Source of the DNA: Myxococcota bacterium
GTDB lineage: Bacteria; Myxococcota; XYA12-FULL-58-9; JABJBS01
Assembly: GCA_036339465.1 (NCBI GenBank)
Contig: JAYZAY010000082.1
Location: 1 to 20,569 of the forward strand
DNA: 20,569 nt
Direction of reading: 5' to 3'
Position numbers and translations under genes: made by a program. Positions 1 through 9,600 of the stretch are shown one piece after another. How positions within the stretch are numbered: position 1 is the first letter of the stretch; the number at the start of each line of letters is the position of its first letter. The notes under the pieces were generated by a model. It did not search any database. It had not been told where the DNA came from and saw only the letters and a program-made list of their open reading frames with translations.

Positions 1-60
1 CAATTCCCTGTTATTATCGAGGCATTTGATTCTCCGGTGATTAAAAAGTCCCTTGGGGCT

Positions 61-94
61 GCCCCCCCCCACATAAGCCCCCCCCCCACACAAG
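61..94. repeat. Imperfect tandem duplication built on poly-C tracts (gC9acataa / gC10acacaag)
   Basis: C9 at 62-70 and C10 at 78-87, followed by acataag and acacaag respectively. Confidence 0.75.
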
Positions 95-224
95 ACCGAA
101 ACCACTCCAAGCCACCGTTTTTATTGCAATAACCCGTAAATAGAAGGCCCCACCCCGTCCCACCCTGACCCGAAAAAGAAAATCAAAAAAAAAGCCACAA
201 ACACCCCACTCCCAACTCCCTCGG

Positions 225-309
225 TCATGGAATCAAGGCATGTTTTCATGGAATCAAGGTGTTTCAACAACCGCCGTGATGGAATCAAGGTGTTTCAACA
301 ACCGCCGTG
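225..309. repeat. Perfect 31-bp tandem duplication plus a partial third copy
   Basis: ATGGAATCAAGGTGTTTCAACAACCGCCGTG at 248-278 and 279-309. The core ATGGAATCAAGG also occurs at 227-238. Confidence 0.95.
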
Positions 310-450
310 CCCACAATCAACCTCCTCCTGCTCACCTGCGACAACCACAACTTTTGCCCCGCTCCATCCTTGGTTTAATACAGGTAATTTCATCGCTTGA
401 GGGTTTTTCTCTGCCCCTATGACCGTGGCGCCTTGAGTCTTGTTGTCTAT

Positions 451-479
451 TCGACCTAAAGCCCATTACTTGCTACCCT
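451..479 (+). promoter_or_regulatory. Candidate sigma-70 promoter of the diguanylate cyclase
   Basis: TCGACC (451-456), 17-nt spacer containing an extended -10 TG (471-472), TACCCT (474-479), 27 nt before ATG 507. Confidence 0.3.
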
Positions 480-506
480 AGGCAAGACACACTCAGTGGG
501 GACGCC

Positions 507-1478
507 ATGCATTTGGTTCAGCAAGACCTAAACAACATCAATTTATTTCGGGGCGTCCAAACAGACACCATTTATGGGATGCTACAGTCCTGTCCCATCA
601 GGCACATCGAGACAGAGCAAACCCTTATTTCCCCGGGAGACGAAAGCAAGTGTCTCTTTGTAGTTTTAGAGGGAAAACTCCGGGTACAATTGGAAAATCA
701 AGCCACCGAGCCCGTGATTATTGTGAGCAAGGGCGATTCTGTGGGGGAGCTATCGTTGATCGACAATCAGCCCCGCTCCGCCTTTGTGGTCGCCACTGAA
801 GCGTCGGTGGTTTTGGAAATCGACCGTCAGGTTTTTTGGCGATTGGCCAACTCGTTTCCCGGGGTAGCTGTCAATCTCTTAATCATCCTTTCCGCACGCC
901 TCCGAGGCAACAATGACAACATTATCGAAAGCCTCAAAGAACAAGAGAAATACCGCATCCATGCCACCGTAGATGGACTCACGGGGCTTCACAATCGACG
1001 TTGGCTCGATGAATTTCTCGAACGACAGATTACCCGCGCAAAAATGGCCCAGCAAGACCTTTCCGTGGCGATGGTCGACGTGGACCATTTCAAGAGTTTC
1101 AACGATACCTACGGGCACCAAGCGGGGGACTTTGTTTTGCTGCAAGTCGCACAGCGTCTTAGCGCCTGCCTTCGCCCCACGGATCTCACGGCTCGATACG
1201 GTGGAGAGGAGTTTACGGTGATCTTTCCCCAAACTGCCATCCACAAAGCCGAAAAGGCCGCCAACCGGGTCCGGGAAGCGGTTAAAGCCCTCAAACTCGT
1301 CACCCCCGATGGCGTTGAACTTCCCACCATCACCATTTCCCTCGGGGTAGCCGACATTTCGGCCGCCGAGACCATGAAAAAACTCATCCAACATGCGGAT
1401 CAAGCCCTCTACGCCGCCAAGGAAAGCGGGCGAGATAGGGTTTGTCTGAGCCGGGTAGCGCTTGGAACGCAAGCATGA
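507..1478 (+). CDS. Cyclic-nucleotide-binding (cNMP) domain + GGDEF diguanylate cyclase
   Basis: The N-terminal CRP-like domain has the phosphate-binding cassette GELSLIDNQPRSA. The C-terminal domain has DGLTGLHNRR, DVDHFKSFNDTYGHQAGD, active site GGEEF, I-site RPTD and ADQALYAAKESGRDRV. Confidence 0.96.
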   Translation: MHLVQQDLNNINLFRGVQTDTIYGMLQSCPIRHIETEQTLISPGDESKCLFVVLEGKLRVQLENQATEPVIIVSKGDSVGELSLIDNQPRSAFVVATEASVVLEIDRQVFWRLANSFPGVAVNLLIILSARLRGNNDNIIESLKEQEKYRIHATVDGLTGLHNRRWLDEFLERQITRAKMAQQDLSVAMVDVDHFKSFNDTYGHQAGDFVLLQVAQRLSACLRPTDLTARYGGEEFTVIFPQTAIHKAEKAANRVREAVKALKLVTPDGVELPTITISLGVADISAAETMKKLIQHADQALYAAKESGRDRVCLSRVALGTQA

Positions 1479-1632
1479 ATCTCGGGTGTTCCCATGTGCC
1501 CGCTTATCCCACTTTGCGACCCTAATTTCATGCAAAAAAGTTTATGTAAAGGTGAGTTCATCCAAACCACACCCTTGGATAAACACCCATCCTATGGGTG
1601 AGAGACTCGTTTTTTCTCAATAGCCTTGGTGC

Positions 1633-1664
1633 GCCTAAAAGCCTAAAAGACTAAAAGCCTAAAA
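1633..1664. repeat. 8-bp tandem repeat x4 (GCCTAAAA, one copy GACTAAAA)
   Basis: Copies at 1633, 1641, 1649 (variant) and 1657. Confidence 0.9.
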
Positions 1665-1803
1665 AAGCAATTCTAAGCCCCAAGTTCGTCTAGAAGCAAT
1701 CTAAAGAGTAAAACCACCTTCCCCCGCGCCTCCAACAATCACCCCCCACACTTCATGGGCCATAATACCGGGGCCAAGCTCCCGTTGAGAAACGGGTTTC
1801 CAA

Positions 1804-1830
1804 GCAACTAGGAGCGCCACCCGACGATAA
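1804..1830 (+). promoter_or_regulatory. Sigma-28-like promoter motif GCAAC-N14-GACGATAA
   Basis: The -10 element is one mismatch from the FliA consensus GCCGATAA. The same architecture and spacing occur upstream of the PLD gene (13134-13160). Confidence 0.55.
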
Positions 1831-1871
1831 TGCCATTGAACGTTGTTAACCACTTTGAAGGGCACCACCCC

Positions 1872-2900
1872 ATGCCAAGCATCAACTCTACTCCCCTTAA
1901 AGCAACCCAACCCTCCCCAACAACGCCCCCAGAACAAACAACCACTCCGGAGACGTCCTCTGCCTCGCAGCTTCATGGGGATATATTCGGCGCTATCATG
2001 AGCAACCTCTCGCCCAATGACCGAGCAACCTCACGGGGCGTCAGCGCTCAATGGAATCGGTGGCTTAATGAGGGACTCGGAGTTGCACATCAGGTCAAAA
2101 TCCCCAGTCTGCCAAGAAAAGACCTCCGGAAATTTTTCAGCTCCGCGGAGGTGAAACACGCCCGCACCATCGATGCCAGAAACTACCGACGCTTCGTCCT
2201 CACAGACGCCGACCTTGACTACTTGGCCCCCAGTGGGAAGGTAAAGGCCATCGACTTGCGAATGCACATGCACCTTGGCAGTAAGGCCCTTGAAATCCTG
2301 TCGACCCGATTTCCAAACCTGGAATACCTCTCCCTCCACGGCTGTGACCCGGTGGTCCTCTCAGGGCTGCCCACCCTTGGAGAGAACTCGAAGAACCTGA
2401 AACGAATCGCCCTCTCTCACCGAGGCGGCGTGGGCTGCACACCCATCAACGCGTTCCTGAGCCATAGCGGTGGGCAGCTCGAGTCCCTTTGCATCTATTG
2501 GGGCGGTCTCTGGTTGGAAGGAAAGCCTGCGCCGCGGTCCTGCTACCTACGCAACTGGCCACCCCGCGATGCCCTTTCCGGAGTTGTAGCGGCATCGTGC
2601 CCGGGGCTTAAACGCCTCGCCCTTCCCGGGCACCACAACCTAACCGACCACCAACTAGATCAGATCATCAAGGGATGTCCGGAGTTGACAACCCTCCATC
2701 TGTGCGTTGAGAAGCTCAGCCCCGAGTATGTAGACCAGCTCCTTGAGAGCTGCCCCACGCTCAATTTTCTTTTTCACCACACCCCATTTTCCTACACCAA
2801 AAGGAAGGCTGAATGGAGTGCCCTCGAAAACAAATACGCCAGGATGGTGTGCCAACAATCGTTCGAGTCGTGGCGCAACGACGAACTCGCCCGCTCGTAA
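1872..2900 (+). CDS. Eukaryote-like F-box + leucine-rich repeat (FBXL/AMN1-like) protein
   Basis: F-box-like LHGDIFGAIMSNLSPNDRATSRGVSAQWNRW. LRRs such as FPNLEYLSLHGC and CPGLKRLALPGHHNLTDHQLDQIIKGCPELTTLHL. Pro/Thr/Ser-rich N-terminus. Start 1872 is preferred over 1830 because GAAGGG lies upstream and ATG 1830 overlaps the putative -10 box. Confidence 0.8.
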   Translation: MPSINSTPLKATQPSPTTPPEQTTTPETSSASQLHGDIFGAIMSNLSPNDRATSRGVSAQWNRWLNEGLGVAHQVKIPSLPRKDLRKFFSSAEVKHARTIDARNYRRFVLTDADLDYLAPSGKVKAIDLRMHMHLGSKALEILSTRFPNLEYLSLHGCDPVVLSGLPTLGENSKNLKRIALSHRGGVGCTPINAFLSHSGGQLESLCIYWGGLWLEGKPAPRSCYLRNWPPRDALSGVVAASCPGLKRLALPGHHNLTDHQLDQIIKGCPELTTLHLCVEKLSPEYVDQLLESCPTLNFLFHHTPFSYTKRKAEWSALENKYARMVCQQSFESWRNDELARS

Positions 2901-3323
2901 CACAAACGCTTCCTAGAAACTTCCCCTGCCCAAGTAACAAAGCCCCCAAATCTCTCGATCCAGGGGTCTTTTCTTATCAAAATCGCCCCGGACGGAGCAC
3001 GGCCGAAATTCCAAATCCCTTCAGTAATGGCGTTGTGTTGGCATTTTTCTATTAAGGCACTGGCGGCGCAAAACTCAGCGATAACCCTGCCACAATAGGA
3101 GCATGAGATACCACCAAGCGATGCTACTCACGCCGGTTCCAGCACCGATACAACCGCCGCCCTCCCCCCCATTCACACCGACTTCTGTGCCCATATAAAC
3201 ACCCACCCGTCCTCTGTTCCCTAGCCCCAAAAGGCCGGAAAAGTTTATTCCCCCTCCCCAATGGACTATTCTCTAGGTGATTTTAATGGGCAATTCAGAC
3301 GGCGGCGGAGAAACCAAATAACC

Positions 3324-4373
3324 ATGTGCCTTCTCAAGGGAAAAGCAATTGCCCAAGGTTTTTTCTGCTTCACCGCATTGCTCCTCCCTCTCGGGCCCGC
3401 TCTGGCCCAAGAAAACCCATCCGCCCTGGCTGACAGCACCCCTCAGCCAAAAAAAGAGGCCAAGAAAAAGTCAAAACAAACCCTCCCCCACATTCAACAG
3501 GTGGCCGCCACCACTGCCGCCAAACCTAAATCGGAGTTTGAAACAAAACTCGCCGCCGACGTGCTCAAGAAATTCCAAGCCGCCAAGGTCCTTTTCGACG
3601 ATATGGAATTCGATGAAGCCCTCCCCCTCATTGACGCGCTCCTTTTGAAACCCCAAGCCGAGGTGAACGTGGTCACCCGCATCGATCTCTACTATATGAA
3701 AGGCTGCTCCTTGGCCATTATGGGACAGCAATTTGAAGCCGAGAAGCCCTTTCGATTTCTTTTGAGCCTACAACGGGATTTCGACGTCCCTCCCACCCTC
3801 TCGCCCAAAATCGTCCAGGTCTTCAAAAAGGTAAAAGCCGAAATCGAGGCGGTCCATGTTCAAATGCTCCAACTCGAGAGACTACGCACCATTCGCGAGA
3901 TGGAAATCGTAGGAAAACTCCCCAAGACTCTTCGAGGGGGCTTGCCAATCGAATTCCAATACACGGTGCAAGATCCAAAAAAGGCGGTGGATAAGGTCTT
4001 GATCCACTACAAGCGAAATCACGAAGAGGCCTTTTCGTCCCTGGCTCTGAGCAACAAGAGTAAGGAAAACTGGTCGGGACAGCTTCCAGGGGCATGGACC
4101 TCCAACGAAGACGGCTTCAGGTTTGATTATTATGTCCAAACGAAAAGCAACCGACTGGGTTCACTGCTGGGCCGGGGTGATGAGATCAAACCACTTAACA
4201 TAAACATTCAGCCGGGAAAATTCATCAAGGTTGAGATTTTACCTTGGTACAAACAACCATGGTTTTGGTGGACCACCGCCATTGCCGCCACCGCCATTGG
4301 AGGACTCAGTTATTGGGGATACAGCGAAGCCACCAGCACCACCGTCAGCGAAGGGGGCGATATCGCCTTTTAA
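3324..4373 (+). CDS. Exported TPR-like protein with a beta-rich domain and C-terminal membrane anchor
   Basis: Signal-peptide-like FFCFTALLLPLGPALA|QE. TPR-like helices (AKVLFDDMEFDEALPLI, LYYMKGCSLAIMGQQFEAEKPF) and the motif PPTLSPKIVQVF. C-terminal PWYKQPWFWW plus a hydrophobic Gly/Ala segment, typical of myxobacterial TPR/PEGA proteins. The ORF is open from 3261; 3324 is the inferred start. Confidence 0.75.
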   Translation: MCLLKGKAIAQGFFCFTALLLPLGPALAQENPSALADSTPQPKKEAKKKSKQTLPHIQQVAATTAAKPKSEFETKLAADVLKKFQAAKVLFDDMEFDEALPLIDALLLKPQAEVNVVTRIDLYYMKGCSLAIMGQQFEAEKPFRFLLSLQRDFDVPPTLSPKIVQVFKKVKAEIEAVHVQMLQLERLRTIREMEIVGKLPKTLRGGLPIEFQYTVQDPKKAVDKVLIHYKRNHEEAFSSLALSNKSKENWSGQLPGAWTSNEDGFRFDYYVQTKSNRLGSLLGRGDEIKPLNINIQPGKFIKVEILPWYKQPWFWWTTAIAATAIGGLSYWGYSEATSTTVSEGGDIAF

Positions 4374-4382
4374 TTGGAACAC

Positions 4383-6584
4383 ATGAGCACCATTGACAAA
4401 GAATATCTCGTATTTGGCAAATACGCCTGTATCCGCCGCCTTGCCGTGGGCGGTATGGGAGAGATTTTCCTGGCACAACAACACGACGACATTGGCATCG
4501 ACCGCCTAGTGATCATCAAAAGCCTCTTGCCGGAACTCGCCCGTGATCCAAACTTCACCCAACAGTTTCTAGATGAAGCCCGGGTCGCCTCCCACCTCAA
4601 TCATCCCAATATCGTATCGATCTACGACGTGGGGCTCTGGCGAAGCCTTTACTTCATTGCTATGGAGTATATCCAGGGCATCACCCTAGCCCAGCTCATG
4701 AGAAATATCATCGGCAACCAGCAACGGGTTCCATATAGCCTCAGTGCCAAAGTGGTCATGGACGCATGTATCGCCCTGGGACACGTAAGAGATGCCACCG
4801 ATAGCCAAGGGCAAGCCCTCAATATCGTCCACCGCGACATCAGCCCCCAAAACATCATGATTCGACAAGATGGGGTCACCAAACTCCTGGACTTCGGCAT
4901 CGCCAAGGCCGACAACAAGCAACACCACACCCAAACCGGCCTTCTCAAGGGGAAATACTGCTATATGTCCCCGGAACAAGCATTGGGAAAAAAAATCGAC
5001 TGGCGCACGGATCAATTCGCCCTGGGTATCGTCCTTTGGGAGCTACTCACCCACGAACGCTACGTCTCAGCAACCCTGGGTCAAGAGGCAATACTGAAAC
5101 GAATTACCCAAAGTGAAATACCGAGCGCATGTGAACTTCGCCCCGACATCCCATCCGCCCTCGACGACATCATTGGCCAGATGTGTCAACGGGATCCCGA
5201 GAAAAGGTTCTCAAGTTGGGACGCAATCCTGGAGGCCTTCGAGCAATATCGTTCCTCCTCAGAAAACCGCATGGAAGATCGGCACGTCGCCACCTACCTC
5301 AATGCGAATATCGCCTCGGATATCGCAGACCAAACCCTAGACCGAACCCCTCGGGCTCGCGAAATTCTCGCCACCATCCTCCCTGTCCACGAGTTGAGTA
5401 ACCCAATTATCGATCCGAAAGCCCCTGGCCCAAGATCCAATGAGAGCGGGGATGACGTCACCGAGCAAGATCTAGAAGAAGAGGAACTCACAGGAATTCA
5501 ACCGCCTCTTCCCCAAAGAGAAGAAGCTGAGATCTTCGAAGAAATCAATGCCTTGGGTCGAATGCCCACCGCCAAAATCCCCAAGCCAAACCGCGCAAGT
5601 CACCACCGCCATCATCATGACGGCGTTCACCCCCAAAAACCTTCCAAACTGCCATGGGTGGTGGCCACCTTGGCCCTTCTAATACTCCTTGCCAGTCTGG
5701 CCATTCAAATTCCGACCGTTAAAGATACACTTCCTCCCACCGTGTTGGGCCCGATTCAAAAGATTCATGAAGTCTACGTCAACAAAATCCAGCCTCTTTT
5801 CAGTGGAGCAAAAAACAAAACGGCCCCGAATACGAATCAACTTACCTCCATCGAAATCCCAATCCCAGCCGGCGCCACAGTCTTCGTGGACACCATTAAG
5901 TGGAAGGAACTTGTCCCCACCACCATCACCGGACTCAAACCCGGCCGACATAAAATTCGCCTAGAACTCCCGGGACATGACCCCATCGTTCGCATCATGG
6001 AGCTGCTCCCTAACCAACCCATACAACTGCGCGAAGAAGCCAAGCCCATCGGTGCCGATCTCGTTTTGCGCTCCATTCCAAAAGGCGCTCGGGTATTCAA
6101 GGGCAGTCGTATTTTAGGAATCACCCCCGTAAGTATTGGAAACCTCCCCTCGGGAGTCGAGCACCTTTTCACCCTCACACACAAAGGCTTTGCCACCCAG
6201 AAATTGGCCATCACCCTAGCCCCCAAGGAAAAAGCAACGAGGGTGATAACCCTTGCCAAGACCAACCGTAAAACCAAAACAAAGAACGCAACAAACAAAA
6301 ACAAGTCCCCTAATATCTCACAGGCCCTAGCCCCAGCACCACCCTCCCCACTGAAGAAAAGCGTAGAATCCAAGGAACCGGGCTTCCTAACTCTGAAAAC
6401 CGAGCCATGGGTGCAAGTGGAGATCGATGGGGAAAAAGTTGGGGTCACCCCCCTTTGGAAGCACCCATTAAAACCGGGAGCACACACCCTTCGGCTCTAC
6501 AATGAAGAAGCCGGGGTCAATACCACCCGCAAGATACAAATCGGGTCCGACAAAATCACCAAGCTGAAATGGAAACTTGAATAG
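4383..6584 (+). CDS. Membrane-bound Hanks-type Ser/Thr protein kinase with extracytoplasmic PEGA-like domains
   Basis: LAVGGMGEIF, VIIK, FLDEAR, HRDISPQN, LLDFGIAK, GKYCYMSPEQ and DQFALG motifs. TM helix LPWVVATLALLILLASLAIQI. About three PEGA-like units (PAGATVFVD..LKPGRHKIRL; SIPKGARVF..LGITPV; TEPWVQVEIDG..VGVTPL). Alternative TTG start at 4374. Confidence 0.95.
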   Translation: MSTIDKEYLVFGKYACIRRLAVGGMGEIFLAQQHDDIGIDRLVIIKSLLPELARDPNFTQQFLDEARVASHLNHPNIVSIYDVGLWRSLYFIAMEYIQGITLAQLMRNIIGNQQRVPYSLSAKVVMDACIALGHVRDATDSQGQALNIVHRDISPQNIMIRQDGVTKLLDFGIAKADNKQHHTQTGLLKGKYCYMSPEQALGKKIDWRTDQFALGIVLWELLTHERYVSATLGQEAILKRITQSEIPSACELRPDIPSALDDIIGQMCQRDPEKRFSSWDAILEAFEQYRSSSENRMEDRHVATYLNANIASDIADQTLDRTPRAREILATILPVHELSNPIIDPKAPGPRSNESGDDVTEQDLEEEELTGIQPPLPQREEAEIFEEINALGRMPTAKIPKPNRASHHRHHHDGVHPQKPSKLPWVVATLALLILLASLAIQIPTVKDTLPPTVLGPIQKIHEVYVNKIQPLFSGAKNKTAPNTNQLTSIEIPIPAGATVFVDTIKWKELVPTTITGLKPGRHKIRLELPGHDPIVRIMELLPNQPIQLREEAKPIGADLVLRSIPKGARVFKGSRILGITPVSIGNLPSGVEHLFTLTHKGFATQKLAITLAPKEKATRVITLAKTNRKTKTKNATNKNKSPNISQALAPAPPSPLKKSVESKEPGFLTLKTEPWVQVEIDGEKVGVTPLWKHPLKPGAHTLRLYNEEAGVNTTRKIQIGSDKITKLKWKLE

Positions 6585-6623
6585 AACCATGAGCCTGCGT
6601 TTATCTGCCACAAGGACTGAGCC

Positions 6624-9600
6624 ATGAGGCAAGCCCGCCTTTGCTCACAACCCATCCTCATAGGCATTACCCTCGCCCTTGGCCTGGGGCTTTCAGCCTG
6701 TGAGGCTCCCAGCCATTTCGTTCTCAAAGTGGCCATCCCGGAGGCCCCAGCAGAGGCAAGCCCCGATGACCCGATGACCCGATGGCTAACCAAGATCCAA
6801 GAAACCAACCTTATCCGCATTTCTCTCCATACACCGGGCAATGCCCCAGCCAGAGGGGGCCAAACCATCGAAAAAATCCCCGCCACCGGCAGTGTCTTTT
6901 TCCAGAAACCCGCAAGCTCGACCTCATTCACAATATTGCCCGGCACCCAATGCCAGAAGGCCTGTGATTTTCGTATCGAAGCCCTTCTCGACGACCAGAT
7001 CTTGGCAGAGACCTTCATATTCCTCGATTTCGAAGACCAAAATGAGAGAATTAGTTCCGTGGGTTCGGCCAATGCCACCCTTCTGCCCCACTGCGCGACC
7101 ATTGGCACCATCGCAGGGAAAACCGACGAGGAGGTAAGCCTACTTGAACCCATCTGTTTGCGTTCGGACCGTAGCCAAAACCAGGTCGGCTACAACACCG
7201 GCACCTGCCGAATCTCCGGGGGAGAAGCGGGCCTCGAATGTCTCCCCTCCTGTGGCGACGGGATGGTGGAGACCTCCGAAAATCCCGCCACACAAAAGCC
7301 CTATGAGGAATGCGACCCGGGCGCCGGCGGTGAAACTAGATTCTGTGACGCAGACTGTAGCGCAGTCGTCTGTGGGGATGGTTACGTCAACCGGCAAAAC
7401 GAAGACTGTGACCCCGGCGAAAGCGGGGAAAGCATCGACTGCGACTCCGACTGCAGTATTCGACAATGTGGGGATGGTGTCGTCAATGCCAGCGCCGGAG
7501 AACAATGCGACCCCGGCCCCGACGAGAGCGGCAATCCCCAACATACCGCCCATTGCGACGACGACTGCTCCCTCGTGGTGTGTGGCGATGGGATCTTCAA
7601 CCCTCTGGCAGAAAGCTGCGATGATGGAAACGAAGACAAAACCGATAGCTGTATCGGTTGCAAACCAGCGAGATGTGGTGACGGCCACGTTTGGAAGCAA
7701 CAAGAGGTATGCGATCTTGGAAAAAGTGAAAACGGGCAGATTCAATTTGACTCAAGCTGCGACATCGACTGCACTACCCCCATCTGTGGCGACGGGTTGA
7801 TCAATAGTGAAGCGGGGGAACAGTGCGAAATTGGTATCTCAGGAAGCACGGCCCTAGATTGCTATGGGTGTAGAATCGATCAGTGCGGCAATGAAATCAT
7901 CAACCCCGCTAGTGAACAATGCGAGATCGGTGAAGCTATTCCCGGAAGCCAGGAAATAGCCACCCAAGCCAGTTGTTTCCAATGCAAACTATCCACCTGC
8001 GGCGATGGAGAAATAAATCCCCATGCCGGAGAAACCTGTGAGGTGGGTATCAACGGCGCAACCAGTGCCCAGTGCTTAAACTGCACCCCTTCCACCTGTG
8101 GAGATGGCCGAATCAATGCCGACGCCAACGAAACCTGTGAAGTGGGAGTGGGCAATGCAACCACCGCCAATTGCCTAGACTGCACCCCCTCCACCTGCGG
8201 GGACGCAAGGATTAACCCCGTCAACGAAGCCTGCGAAATAGGCATAGGCAACGATAACGCGGCTACCTGCCTAAATTGTAGCGCCTCCACCTGTGGAGAT
8301 GGGCGAATCAATCCCGATGGGGGCGAAACCTGTGAAGTGGGAGTGGGCAATGCAACCACCGCCAATTGCCTAGACTGCACCCCCTCCACTTGTGGCGACA
8401 AACGCATCAATGCCGCGGCCGGAGAGGTTTGTGACGACGGTAATAAGAGCAACAATGACGATTGTCGAAACGACTGTCTGGCAAATATTTGCTCCGACGG
8501 CTTCCACAATCAATCGGAGCTCTCCACAGAGGAGTGCGACGATGGCAACAACAATGCCAACGATTTTTGCCACCAATGTCGCAACGTGACCTGGAGCACC
8601 CTGCTTCGTTCTGGAACCTTGGGCCCCGGTTTGGGCATTACCGACGCCTCTACAGGCATGGATTCCATCTCCACCAGCGACGAGGAGGTCTCAAGCCTCG
8701 GGTACGACACCGAAGACAATCTCTATGTCGCCAGTAAAAGTATCACCGGTATCGCCAAGCAATTGGGCGCAATGGATCCAGGAACCGGGCACTTGGTCCG
8801 AGTCACCGGCAAGAATGCCGAGAACTATCTGTGCAGGAACTGGTCAGGACAACCCACCGAAGCATCGACCATGCAGCTCTGTGGGCCCACCGATTTCGTT
8901 TTTGATAGCTACGGAAATCTCTTCTTCTTCGAACTACAAACCGACAAACAATATATTCTAAAGCTCGGCAGCGGTGGCATGGTTCAACGTCTCGCGACCC
9001 CCTACGATAAAGATTGCAGAAACAAATACACCGCCGACAATAGCGCTTTCAATCAACCGGTGAACCACCAGGCCATCTCAAATATGGACATTGGTAAGAA
9101 CTTAACCTCGGACCCCAATGGCACCCTTTACTATCTCGGCGGCGATGAACTACTCTGCTATGACGAAGGCGACAACGTAGAAGACGGCTACCAAAATCCC
9201 AACGATCATGGCTCTGACACCGACGACCGTGCAGAGCTGGTAGCAACCACCCAGGGACGACGCATTTGGCGTTTGGCCACCAGCCCCTTAGAACAGCCCA
9301 TAAGCGTCAACGACGTGACCAATAAACTAGATTTTCGCTACGGGATCCCCAACAATTCATTGGAAGCGAACCTTCGGGTTTCCTTAGCCCATCAATGTTA
9401 TTCCGACACCCAATCTCCCGCCCCCTACACCCAAGCAGTGGGCGGATTGACCACTGATACCAACGGTTATCTTTACTGGTTCACCGAGAATCAAATCTAT
9501 CGTTCCAAAGTGGAAATGGTGGTAAAATCAGCAACAGGCCAGAACCCTTCGAATTATTTCTGCATCGACCCAAAACGATTGACCAGCGCCAATTCGAGTG

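Noticed and set aside
225..309. CRISPR array (contains GTTTCAAC, 31-bp unit)
   Set aside because: The copies are directly adjacent with no unique spacers, and there are no cas genes in the window.
240..422. 60-aa ORF
   Set aside because: It runs through the tandem repeat, has no RBS and shows no recognisable motif.
3057..3084. Possible third sigma-28-like site (AGCGATAA at 3077-3084)
   Set aside because: There is no GCAAC at the 14-nt spacing, the -10 has two mismatches, and it lies far from the next start.
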